Positions 11,541-23,315 of a stretch of DNA of 33,843 nucleotides are shown in pieces. Position 1 is the stretch's first letter. The number at the start of each line of letters is the position of its first letter. The stretch is from Octopus sinensis (taxonomy: Eukaryota): assembly GCF_006345805.1 (NCBI RefSeq), contig NW_021831946.1:1-33843 (forward strand). Direction: 5' to 3'. A program made the position numbers and the translations under genes. Below the pieces are notes generated by a model that did no database searches, was not told the DNA's origin, and saw only the letters and a list, made by a program, of their open reading frames with translations.

Positions 11541-12270
11541 GTGCATATTGCTATCTGGTGATAAAATGCAGACGGCTAGCTGGATGGATTCTCCGAACTT
11601 TCAGAACAAGAGAGAAGGAGACACTGATGGTCCTATGGAAAACATTCGTCCTCAGCAGCGCTAAGACTACTGCTCCCAACTGTGGTCACCACACAATATA
11701 AAACTAACAGCAGAACTCGAAGCAATTCAGAGAAGCTACACAAAGAAAATCGTCTCAATGCAAAATATCAGCTCCTGGAAAGACTGAAGATTAAACCTCT
11801 TCTCCCTAGAGCGGAGGGCGGGAGAGATATGCGGTGATATACATCTGGAAAATCCTGGAGGGTCTTGTCCCAAACTTTGGCATTCAAAGTTACCCCCCAA
11901 ACGCAGAACGGGGCCCACTGCATGGTGCCAAGTATTCCACAACACCATCAAATACAGGTCCAGATGCTGCAACAGCTTGGGTTTTCGGAGGACCACAGCT
12001 CTTTAACATCCTCCCTAAATGCCTGAGAGACTTGCATGTGTGGATTGGGTTTCTTTAAAACTAAACTGGATCTCTTCTTGTGGGAGTCCCAGATGAGCCT
12101 ACCACCTCACGACAGGAGACGCGGATGCGGGCAGCAGCATCGAACTCCCTTGTTGATCAAGCGTCACGTATCAGAGGTGGATTCACAAATTAGTGTAGGT
12201 CATTCAGCGGTGGTGCCCCAGCATGGCCGCGGCCTTCGGGCTAAAACATTTTTAAGGATTTAAGGATTTA
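11541..12270 (+). mobile_element. 5'-truncated CR1/L2-group LINE, ORF2 C-terminus and 3' UTR, degraded
   Basis: KCRRLAGWILRTFRTREKETLMVLWKTFVLS..LEAIQR..SLERR.ERY..IYIWKILEGLVPNFGI across frameshifts; short tandem tail (TTTAAGGA)n. Confidence 0.8.
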
Positions 12271-12280
12271 TATATATATA

Positions 12281-12678
12281 TACTCTTTTACTGGTTTCAG
12301 TCATTTGACTGCGGCCATGCTGGAGCACCGCCTTTGATCGAGCAAGTGGACCCCGGGACTTATTCTTTTGTAAGCCCAGTACTTATTTTATCGGTCTCTT
12401 TTGCCGAACCGCTAAGTAACGGGGACATAAACACACCAGCATCGGTTGTCAAGCAATGCTAGGGGCACAAATACAGACTCACAAACACACACACGCATAT
12501 ATATATACATATATACGACAGGCTTCTTTCAGTTTCCGTCTACCAAATCCACTCACAAGGCTTTGGTCGGCCAGAGGCTATAGTAGAAGACACTTGCCCA
12601 AGGTGCCACGCAGTGGGACTGAACCCGGAACCATATGGTTGGTAAACAAGCTACTTACCACACAGCCACTCCTGCGCC
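12281..12678 (-). mobile_element. Full-length tRNA-derived SINE
   Basis: Reverse complement of the complete SINE. Confidence 0.92.
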
Positions 12679-13004
12679 TATATATATATATATATATATA
12701 ATTCAAATAATAAAATTGAGAAACAAATTTAGTTTGTTCATCAACTTTCGGATATTATAATGTTGGATTATTTATTCATTTAACAAAATGAGAACCTCAA
12801 TAGCATACATATATATCTTATAATTCAATACATATAATATATAAGATAAGAATACAAATTATACAAGTGATAATATATATTATTGAAATCATTAAAATCA
12901 CTTCTTACGGCTGTTTCAGCCTATGGGTACTTTACCAACAGTATATTAGATAAATGCTATCCCATAGTGGGTTACACTCCAAACACCTATCTTCCTTTGT
13001 ATAC

Positions 13005-13083
<79 letters not shown>

Positions 13084-13286
13084 GTGTGTGTGTATATATA
13101 TATATAAATGTAGGCGCAGGAGTGGCTGTGTGGTAAGTAGCTAGCTTACCAACCACATGGTCCCGGGTTCAGTCCCACTGCGTGGCACCTTGGGCAAGTG
13201 TTTTCTACTATGGACCTCGGGCCGACCAAAGCCTTGTGAGTGAGTGGATTTGGTAGACGGAAACTGAAAGAAGCCCGTCGTATATA

Positions 13287-13365
<79 letters not shown>

Positions 13366-13367
<2 letters not shown>

Positions 13368-13938
13368 CGGGAAGCTTTATGAAAATAGACAAAAGACGAA
13401 GGCAGGTGTGAAACAAACAAACAATTGTATTAGTATGGCGCTCAGGAAATATAAATAAAACAAGTCTTTAACGTTTCGAGCCTACGCTCTTCAACAGAAA
13501 GATATACAGAGAGAAAAAAAAACACAGAAAGAAGGAGAGAAAAAAAATGCGTGAATGTATAAAAGTGGTAATATATGAGAAAATAAAAATACAACAAACG
13601 GGACAGTTTATGCGAACAAGTTCAAGGTTGAAAGTTCAAGGTGAGAAATGTGTAGACGTCGTGGTATATTTTTTAAGGATTTCACATCAATGCAAAGTCA
13701 CTTTGATCCGCGAAAGAGATGTGCAGCCAATGGTAAGTATCCAAGAGGTAAAGAAAATCCAAGGTAGAGGTAAGTGTTGATAGTGGTATTGGTAGAATAT
13801 AGGATGAAAGTGAGACCACGTGAGCGCATAATATATAACGGGAAGCTTTATGAAAATAGACAAAAGACGAAGGCAGGTGGGAAACAAACAAACAATTGTA
13901 TTAGTACGGCGCTCAGGAATATAAATAAAACAAGTCTT
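13366..13938 (-). mobile_element. Non-coding direct-repeat element with hammerhead (retrozyme / Penelope-like pseudo-LTR)
   Basis: ~103-bp direct repeats at 13366-13469 and 13837-13938 (period ~470 bp) flank a non-coding core. The hammerhead abuts the left repeat. Confidence 0.7.
13465..13502 (-). ncRNA. Minimal type I hammerhead ribozyme, A6U variant
   Basis: Minus strand TCTTT-CTGTTGA-A-GAGC(gtag)GCTC-GAAACGTT-AAAGA: 5-bp stem I, 4-bp stem II, palindromic ACGU stem III, GUU triplet. Confidence 0.7.
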
Positions 13939-14366
13939 AATATATGTTTGTGTGTGTGTGTGTGTGTGTGTGTTCGTGTATGTTTGCGTGTCTGTGTTTG
14001 TCCCCCTAGCATTGCTTGACAACCGATGCTGGTGTGTTTATGTCCCCGTCACATAGCGGCTCGGCAAAAGAGACCGATAGAATAATTACTGGGCTTACAA
14101 AAAAGAATTAGTCCCGGGGTCGAGTTGCTCGACTAAAGGCGGTGCCGCAGCATGGCCGCAGTCAAATGACTGAAACAAGTAAAAGTGTAAAAGAGTATAT
14201 ATATGAAATTCAAAATGGCAGACTTGTTTTTTCGGCGAACAAAATGCTTCCAGACCGTTCATGCATCTTTACATTCCTTGTTCGAATGCCAGTGAGATTC
14301 ACTTTGCCTTACATCAAGCTGAGATCGAGCAGATGACCACTAGTTGTGCACTGCGGTTGCTGTAAT

Positions 14367-14598
14367 CGACCAGCGTTCTACAATAACATTTCTCGACATT
14401 TTTTAATGTCGAGAAGAAAATTACACAAATTAAATAGGGTTGAAACTGCCCCTAGGGGCGAATTCCTCCCTTGGAAAAGCACTCAAACGAAAGTTGGGTG
14501 CCTTACACACCTTATTTACAAAAATGTACACAAAATATGGGCTATAAATAGTCAAATTAAACGAATACCTTCGGAGTCGAAGTGACAGCACGTCCGTA
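14367..14598 (-). mobile_element. 5' end (UTR) of a third Tx1-like family (C)
   Basis: Near-identical reverse complement of 33557-33788. The first ~55 nt are homologous to the 5' end of the element at 17477. Abuts (TAGA)n. Confidence 0.7.
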
Positions 14599-14602
14599 GT
14601 GG

Positions 14603-14662
<60 letters not shown>
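14603..14662. repeat. (TAGA)n microsatellite
   Basis: Direct observation. Confidence 0.98.
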
Positions 14663-14663
14663 T

Positions 14664-16438
14664 GATTTTCTTTATTAGCCACACCGGGCTGCACACAGAT
14701 AGAACAAATTACAAGGTAGAGCTTTTCTTTTGAAGGGTTAGGAAAAAAAAAAAAAAAAAAAAAGGAAGGGGGGAGTTTCGATTAAAAGGGATCGTAAAAG
14801 GAGAGAAAGAGGACAAAAAAAGGGGGGGTTAAAAAAAAGGGGGGGAGGAAAAAAAATTGATCAATAGGGATCGTTATCACAGAAATGTCAATATGAAGTG
14901 TAAAGGGGAGGACAGGTGAGGTTTACCCGTGGAAAGAAAAGCCTACGGAAAAGACCACGGTAACCTCGGTCAATGAAGTCACATTTTATATTTTTTTTTT
15001 TTTTTTTTTTTTTTTGCAAATAAGCAACTCTCTGTTTTCGATTTCTGGGTTCATAGGATTATGCTCAAGGTGGCTTCGTCATTCATACGTGCCATTCTTG
15101 CTACATTCACCCATCTTTTTTAAAACATTCGCTAGACAAAACTTGCCTCTCTACTCTCACTTTCCTTTTCAAGTGGTACTTGAAGAAGTTGATGAGAGAT
15201 TGACCAGAGAGGAAAGTGTTTGTCTCCAATCCTTTCAGACGCGTCCACCAGATACATTCTTTCGCCATAGCCACAAGGATGATGAAAATAGCTCTTCCTT
15301 CCGTTTGAAGGAAGGAGGCGTGACAATATTGACGATAGACTCAGCTGAATAAACCGACTCGTCCCACACGTGACAGCAGTTGTTCGACACAAGCCCACAG
15401 GTCGGAAATTGTTGGACACTGAACGAGTGCGTGCAGAACGGTTTCGTCGCTCTGACCGCATCTCGGGCAGGTCGGCCCCGTGTTTCTCGAGCCGTGTCTG
15501 TAGAGCTTATCCCGAACGGGTAGCGCTTCTCGGTAGCACTGCCAGGCCAGGGATCTCTGGAAGTTGTCCATGGGCTGGCCCGAAAGTCGTCCTGAACAGG
15601 CGGGTCAGGTACTCCTCGTCGACGTCCAGGTTCGCCCCGAGCTCGTCGTCGTACCTCCCCTCCACTAAACCCCTATAGAATGCTTGGTTGTGTTGAAGTC
15701 ACTTAAGGTCGACCCAGGACGGCAGAGTTGCTTGAGAGCAACGCGACACTCGCGGTGCCATTCGCCCTTCCTCGGCCTCTTTTTGATCCACGACTGCAGT
15801 TCGGTCATGGAGACGAGCTGCGGGAAAGCGTGCCTCACAAACGGCGACCACACCTGTTCACCGTCGTCTACATAGAGCCAGAGATGTCGCAGTCTCAGCG
15901 CGTGTCTGCGCATCATCAACCACGGCATGCCCAGCCCTCCTTTTAAACGGGTGTTGACAGCAAATGGATCGCCTGACCATCGGGACGCATCCTTCCACAA
16001 AAAGCGAAAGAGGATGCGTTGTAGTTTGGTGATGGTAGGGTCGGGACAAGGTACGACGGTCAGGCGGTAGTAGATGACGGATGCGATGTACGTGTTCGCC
16101 ACCTCCGCTCGACCTTTTAGGGACAGTTTCCTCTCGGCCCATTGCCGGGCGAGAGTGACCACCCTACTCGTTATCTCGTTCCAGTTCTTCTCCACTTGGA
16201 GGTCCGGACCAAACCAGACCCCGAGCAACTCAACCGGGCCGTCGGTCCAGCGTCCCACAACGGAGGCGCTAGTGGACGGCATGGGCTTGCTTCTCCAGGT
16301 GCCTAGTCGCAAGCCCACTGACTTTTCCCGGTTGATTTTCGCTCCTGTCACCGCTTCGTAGTTTTTCAGTGTCTCGCCGACCAGCTCGATATGCTCGTGG
16401 CTAGACACTATGACGGTGACGTCGTCCGCGTATGCAGA
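14664..16438 (-). mobile_element. 5'-truncated Tx1-like LINE, family B
   Basis: ORF2 from [11 protein letters not shown] to the stop at 15051-15053; 3' UTR and AATAAA match the plus-strand family B copies. Confidence 0.93.
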
Positions 16439-16546
16439 TAGATAGATAGATAGATAGATAGGTAGGTAGGTAGGTAGATAGATAGATAGATAGGTAGATA
16501 GATAGATAGAGGGATAGGTAGGTAGGTAGGTATGTAGGTAGGTAGG

Positions 16547-16610
<64 letters not shown>

Positions 16611-16712
16611 AGGTAAATAGATAGATAGATAGATAGATAGAGGGATAGGTAGGTAGGTAGGTATGTAGGTAGGTAGGTAGGTAGGTAGGTAGGTAGATAA
16701 ATAGATAGATAG
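16437..16712. repeat. (TAGA)n/(TAGG)n microsatellite
   Basis: Direct observation; contains an internal 131-bp duplication. Confidence 0.97.
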
Positions 16713-16785
16713 ATCTTCCAGTATATCAGCCCCTGATGCTTATACGGGAAAGGATACTTACGAAGATATCTGTCGCTTTGTCTGT

Positions 16786-16828
<43 letters not shown>

Positions 16829-16851
16829 CCTCTCTCTCTCCCCTCCCCCTC

Positions 16852-17172
16852 CATCAAACTGCGGCCATGCTCGGACACTGCCTTGAATTTCAGTCGGACG
16901 AATCAAACCCAGTGCTCCCCTCCACCTAAAAGCCTCGTATTTATTCTGTTGGTTCTTTTTGCTGAACCGCCAAGTTACGAAGACTTAAACACACTAATAC
17001 CAGTTGTGAAAGGGTAAGGGGAGACAAACATAAACGCAAACGTGCTTTTTTTCAATTTCTTTTTACCAAATCCACTCACAAGGCTTTGGTCGAAGACACT
17101 TAGCCAAGGAGCCATGGTGTGGGACTAAATCCAGAACCATGTGGTTCGGAAGCAAACTAGAACTCTTGCGCC
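16852..17172 (-). mobile_element. Old, diverged copy of the tRNA-derived SINE
   Basis: Reverse complement shows GGCGCAAGAG..CCACATGGTTC..CCAAAGCCTTGTGAGTGGATTTGGT..GAGCATGGCCGCAGT. Confidence 0.75.
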
Positions 17173-17174
17173 AA

Positions 17175-17476
<302 letters not shown>

Positions 17477-17693
17477 TGACGGATGTGATGTCGTTTCAGC
17501 TCCGAAGGTAATCATTTATTTTGACTATTTAAAAGTGTATATTGACAAACATTTTGTGCTTAAAAGTTGTGCAACAACATCCACTGTAAACCTTTGATAA
17601 ATATCGACACAAAATTTTGCCCCTTGTGGGCAAAATTTAAAAGAAAAAATTCTCATAGCCTTCGTGGTTTCATTTAGCCATTTTATTTCCAAA

Positions 17694-19835
17694 ATGGCCA
17701 CTGGCCACCACGAGGCTGAGGTGCAAGTCAAGCGTGACGCAGAAACAGAAAAACAGGATGCTCTGTGAGCATACGCCGAACCTGACAACTCCACCACCAT
17801 CAACAGCAACAAATACAAAACAAAGGTCGCAAGGCCAAGCACCGTCAACACCATCAGTGAGTCCACCACCACCACCAACACCATGGCAGAATCTGCTACT
17901 AAACTGCTATCCCTACTAAAGATATCGCCACCAATAACAACACCAACATCACCATCACCGCCACCAAAGACCGTGCCGTCAATGCTACTAATACTACCAA
18001 CACCACCGCCGTCACCAAGAACGACAATAACAACAACAACAAGAACAACAACGACGACAACAACAATTCCCTTCAACCACTGCTCACTCCATCACCAACA
18101 AGTGAAAAAATAACGACGACAAGCAAACGAAATGTCGAAATTTGCCCTAGTGCAGGACTAAAGTACGCAGGCAATTTTCCACCCCTTCCTACTTGCACGA
18201 TCGAACCAAACACACCAATTTTACAAACTGCAGCCAACAACAACATCACCACAAGCAACAACAAATAACAAAACAACAACAAATTTCGCTGAGGCGATTA
18301 AACAACAATATACTTTACGGCTCAACAAATACAGGACACGAACATCAAAATAACAGAATCAGAAGGTATAGTAAAAATAAACATACCAGAAGACATTTTG
18401 GAAAATGAAAAAAGACGAACAATCATTTATAAAATAGTTAACAAAAAAACAAAAATCCCAGAGAAGGCCAACACAAGCAAAATAGAGAAGTGCTTGAAAC
18501 CCATCTGGGATCACAAAGAATATGTAACCTGGTGGAACAAATTTGCCCACATACAAGTTGTTTCTCACACCGAAGAGTTAGCTAGACATTTCTCAACGCT
18601 AACTCTTCACTCAGATGAACTCCAACTTACACCAAGCTATCGGGGACAGAAAGTGACTAAGATCACTCTAAACAATGTCCCCAAAATAGCCAATAGTCTA
18701 TGGCTTGTAAAGGCCTTATGCGTAAAAATGGCGAATTATACTATTTTGGAAACCACAGTCACAGAGCATAAAAACTGGGTGGGAAAAAAAGTAGAATTTC
18801 TTCTACATATACATCATGAAGATATAAAAAAAATACCCACCCAGATATGTGTATCAGACGACCACAAGTTATATGTGGTCGTCGATGGCAGAAGACCACG
18901 TTGCTACACATGCGGCAGTGAGCAACACCTAAAAAAAACTGCAAATCTGCCGCAAGAAAACAACACAACAACAACACAGCCGGAAACAAAAACAAATAAA
19001 CAAGGTTTACTACCCACACACCACTTTTTGCAGGAACAAACCTCACCAAACAAACAACACACCAACTGCAGCACCAAGAACAGAAGCAGCATCACCAACA
19101 ACAACAACCAAGAATATACCAACTCCAAACCAAGGACATCTGCCAAAAAGACACCCAGCAAAAATGAAGAAACAATTACAACAACTCCAAATCCCCACAA
19201 AATTGAGACCCTAAACACACAACAATACCCCCAATCACTCAAACACAAAATACCCAAACCCCACATCCAAAACCGCATACACCACAACCAAACGCTCACC
19301 AACCAACACCAACAACAAACCAACACAGTCGACAATAGACCCCAATACTTTCCCTCTTCCAGACTCCGATTCGTCTGATCTGTCATTAGACGAAGAAGAC
19401 ACGGAAGATTGGCAAATAGCCACAGGGGAGAAGAAAAAGGGGAAAAAAAAGAAAAATAAAACAAAGCGGAAGATACACCACTCCCGAAACAAAAACATCC
19501 ACAGAAAACACACACACATCAACACAAACACACCATCATCAAACCCCCCAAAAATGTTGACAGCCATAAACACAAACAACCACGACCTAATGGAACACAT
19601 TAGGTCAAACACAAACATTACTGAAAACGACATAAAAACAAGTAACCACCCACACACAACACCACAAACAACACATTAAAATAATACACGTGACACAGAA
19701 CACATACAGCACCCTGAAATCTCTTTACCCTGATGCAGTAGGGAGATTTCAAAAGTACTCATCGAAAAACTGTATAAAAGCCTCATAGAAGAAGACCGTG
19801 AGGTGAAAGACAAAGAACTTTCGAAAAACAAGTAA
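17694..19835 (+). CDS. ORF1 of family A: Thr/Asn-rich N-terminus, RRM-like core, CCHC knuckle (frameshifted as assembled)
   Basis: GRRPRCYTCGSEQHLKK; acidic patch followed by WQIAT and a basic tract; colinear with family B ORF1. Boundaries reconstructed across one stop and several frameshifts. Confidence 0.75.
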
Positions 19836-19877
19836 CCTTTTCTCTCTCCTTTTCCTTTTTTGCACTTTTATCGGAAC

Positions 19878-22800
19878 ATGCTCAGAATAGGTAGTATAAA
19901 TGTACGTGGCTTGGGGTCGCCTTGGAAACAAGGCTACCTGTTAAATGACATCAAGTCACTAAATCTGAATATCATAGCCATCAGTGAGACCAGACTCCAC
20001 AGCTTGCGGGCACTCCAGCACATTTTCGGTACACATTTCAACATTTATTTTTCTCCGTGTCTACCGAGAATGGGCGGAGGTGGCACCGCGGTGCTTATCC
20101 GGAAGAGTCTGGATCTCAAAGTAAGAGCAAATTTCCTAGACCGGAGGGTAGGCTGGTCGTTTTAGATGTCGATGGCAGCAATGAGTGTGCTTTTCGACTG
20201 ATAGCAGTTTATGCTCCGTCCTTAACAGGCCGACCATTTTTCTTTCGACGTCTAGAGTCTTTCATGGGAACGTCTCGTCCTTTACTTTTAGTGGGGGATT
20301 GGAATGCCACCCTGGACACGCATCTAGACTACGTGGGCAGAGATAGCAATAGAAGGGGATGCAAATGCCTCAAAGACCTGCTCAGACGTTTCCAACTGTC
20401 TGACAGGTACCGACTGGACCACCCGAATGTGCCAATGTGGACATGGAGTAACCGCATCGGGTCGTCCAGATCATACTTAGATAGAGTTTCTGTAGGACAA
20501 TAGATAAAAATAGTGTAGGTTGTCCACAATTTCATATAGTCAGTTACACAGATCACAAGTTTGTGACTTGTACACTTGACTTAGATAAGACACATAGGCA
20601 GGGTCCTGGTTACTGGAAACTGAACGCGTCTTTTACAGCACGACAGGTTTACAGGGACCGGATCAGCACATTAATTAAGAGAGCTTTGACGGGTACCATC
20701 ATCAACAACAGATGGTGGTATGCCCTAAAAAAAGCGATTAAAGCAGAATCAGTCAGATACAGTAGAGCCCTAGCATTAGACCGAAATAGAATAGAGGGAG
20801 ATTTAGTTAAGGTTTTAGAAGAGGCACTTAGAACTGATATCGCGTCCAACGTACTGGCGGCGAGATTGGCCCTTGACCAACACCTCAACGCCAAACACGA
20901 AGGATGCGTTGTCAGAGCTAGGATGCGTGCTCTGAGGAACGAAGGAGTTGGAGCCGCCCAAGAGGCCCGAGTGGTGGAGACGCAACGAGGCAACAGAGCC
21001 ACCATCAAGTCTCTTATAGATGAACAGGGGCGCGAATTGCTCGAGCCTAAAAGGATGTGTGGGGTTTTTCAACAACACTTCACCCAACTGTTTGGGACAA
21101 GTGGTGAGTCAGAAAGCAGAGTGGACTTTAGTGCCTACCTGCATGCCTTGCCACGACTCTCAGCAAGGGAGGTGGAGTCTTGTGAAAAGCCTATCACAGC
21201 TGCGGACGTACAGGATGCGATGGTAGGCTGCGCGAGAGACAAGTCACCAGGCTTGGATGGTCTGCCCTACGAATTTTATTTTCATATGCCAGACTTGTTT
21301 GGAGGCGTCTTGGCAGCTGTCTACTGCAACTGGCAGCAGAACGGGAGTATTCCTGCTTTTGTAAAGCGAGGAGCAGTGGCACTGATCAAGAAAGACCCAA
21401 ACAAGGGGGACGTCATAGATAATTTCAGGCCCATCACTCTGCTCAACGCAGATTTGAAAATTTTGGCCAAGGTGTTAGCCGAGAGGTTGGCGCTTGTCAT
21501 CAAGAAACTAATCGACAAGGCGCAAACATGCGCCGTGCCGGGTAGAAGTATTCATGACAACCTCCATCTGATGCGCTACATCATAGACAGGGTAGTTAAA
21601 AATCCTGGCATGGGTGGGGCGCTGATCAATTTGGATCAATCAAAAGCCTTCGATAGGGTAGACCATCACTACTTGGAGGCTGTCCTCAAAGCGGCTGGTT
21701 TCGGTCCAGTTTTCCGCGGTTGGATCGCTGCCTATACAGCGGCATCCGCTCAGTAGTTCGCGTAAATGGTCATCTATCCAGACCTTTTAACATCATGCGT
21801 TCGGTTCGTCAGGGATGCCCCCTCTCATCGCTGCTGTATGTACTGACTCTTGAGTCACTACTGCGGAAACTGGCGACGCTGAGGGGCATCCCACGAGAGC
21901 TGGGATGCGGAGGGAGGAGCGTGTCTGCATACGCGGATGACGTCACCGTCATAGTGTCGAGCTACGAGCACATCGAGCTGGTCGGCGAGACACTGAAAGA
22001 ATACGAAGCGGTAACGGGAGCAAAAATTAACCGGGAAAAGTCAGTGGGCTTGCGGCTCGGCACCTGGAGAAGCAAGCCCATGCCGTCCAACAGCGTCTCC
22101 ATCGTGGGACGCTCGACGGACGGACCGGTTAAATTGCTCGGGGTCTGGTTCGATCCGGACCTCCAAATGGAGAAGAACTGGGGCGAGATAACGACTAGGG
22201 TGGCTACTCTCACCCAGAAATGGACTGAGAGAAAGCTATCCCTAAAAGGTCGGGCGGAGGTGGCGAACGCGTACATCGCATCCGTCATCGAGTATCGTCT
22301 GACCGTCGTGCCTTGTCCCGACCCTACCATCACCAAACTGGAACGCATACTCTTCCGCTTCTTGTGGAAGGGAAACGTTCCGATGGTTAGGCGATCCATT
22401 TGCTGCCAACACCCGCTAAATGGAGGGCTGGGCATGCCGTGGTTGATGATGCGCAGACATGCGCTGAGACTGCGACATCTCCGGCGCTTCATAGACAACG
22501 GTGAACAGGAATGGTCGCCTTTTGTGCGGCGCGCTTTCCCGCAGCTCGTCTCCTTGGACGAACTACAGTCATGGATCAAGCAGAGACCGAGGCTAGGCGA
22601 ATGGCACCGCGAGTGTCGCGTTGCTCTCAAGCAACTCTGCCGTCCGGGATCGAACTTGTGCGACTCCATCACAACAAAGGCATTCTATAGAGGATTAGTG
22701 GAGGGGAGGTGCGACGACGAACTCGGGCAGAGTCTGGGCGTCGACGAGGAACACCTGACCCGCCTGTTCAAGACAACTTTCGGGCCGGGACCTATGAACA

Positions 22801-23315
22801 ATCACCAAAGATCCCTGGCCTGGCAGTGCTATCGAGAAGCATTACCTGTTCGGGATAAGCTCTACAGACACGGTTCCAGACACACTGGACCGACTTGCCC
22901 GAGATGTGGTCAGAGCGACGAAACCGTTCTGCACGCACTCGTGCAATGTCCAACCATTTCCGACCTGTGGGCTTATGCCGAACGGCTGCTGTCACGTGTG
23001 GGACGAATCCGCCTATCGGCCGAGTCTATCGTGAGAATTGCTCCGCCCCCTTCCCTCAACCGGGAAGGCAAGGCAGTTTTCATCGTACTGGTGGCCATGG
23101 TGAAAGAATGTGTGTGGTGGACTCGAGCGAAAGGATTAGAGACAAACACTTACCTCTCTGGCCAATCGCTCATCAACTTTTTCAAGTACCACTTGAAATG
23201 GAAGGTGAGAATGGAGAGGGAAGTTTTGTCTCGCGAAATATTCAAAAAAAGATGGGTAAATGTTGCAAAGATGGTGCGTGCTAGTAACGAAACCATTTTG
23301 AGCATGATCCTGTAG
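19878..23315 (+). CDS. ORF2 of family A: AP endonuclease, reverse transcriptase and C-terminal zinc finger (3 apparent frameshifts)
   Basis: GSINVRG, ISETRL, VYAP, GDWNA, SYLDR, TDHK (APE); [35 protein letters not shown] (RT); CPRC-X8-H-X4-C. Confidence 0.92.

Larger units (their letters stand above)
13113..14196 (+). mobile_element. tRNA-derived SINE interrupted in its central microsatellite by a ~570-bp insertion
   Basis: Head at 13113-13280 and tail at ~13940-14196. Confidence 0.88.

Noticed and set aside
12901-12941. GAAACAGCCGTA on the minus strand, resembling a hammerhead stem III
   Set aside because: No convincing CUGANGA, stem II or stem I.
14346-14585. 79-aa ORF repeated at 33570-33809
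   Set aside because: Antisense reading of the duplicated family C 5' UTR; similarity reflects DNA identity, and the start codons differ.
17477-17560. Possible HDV-like ribozyme or spliced-leader RNA at the element 5' ends
   Set aside because: No nested double pseudoknot could be drawn; the Sm-like TATTTTGA lacks the leading purine and is absent in family B.
17525-18076. Long Val-rich antisense ORFs opposite ORF1 (also 18904-19515, 24995-25600, 26145-26846)
   Set aside because: Shadows of (ACC/AAC)-rich sense sequence, whose complement lacks stops; not conserved in sequence between families.
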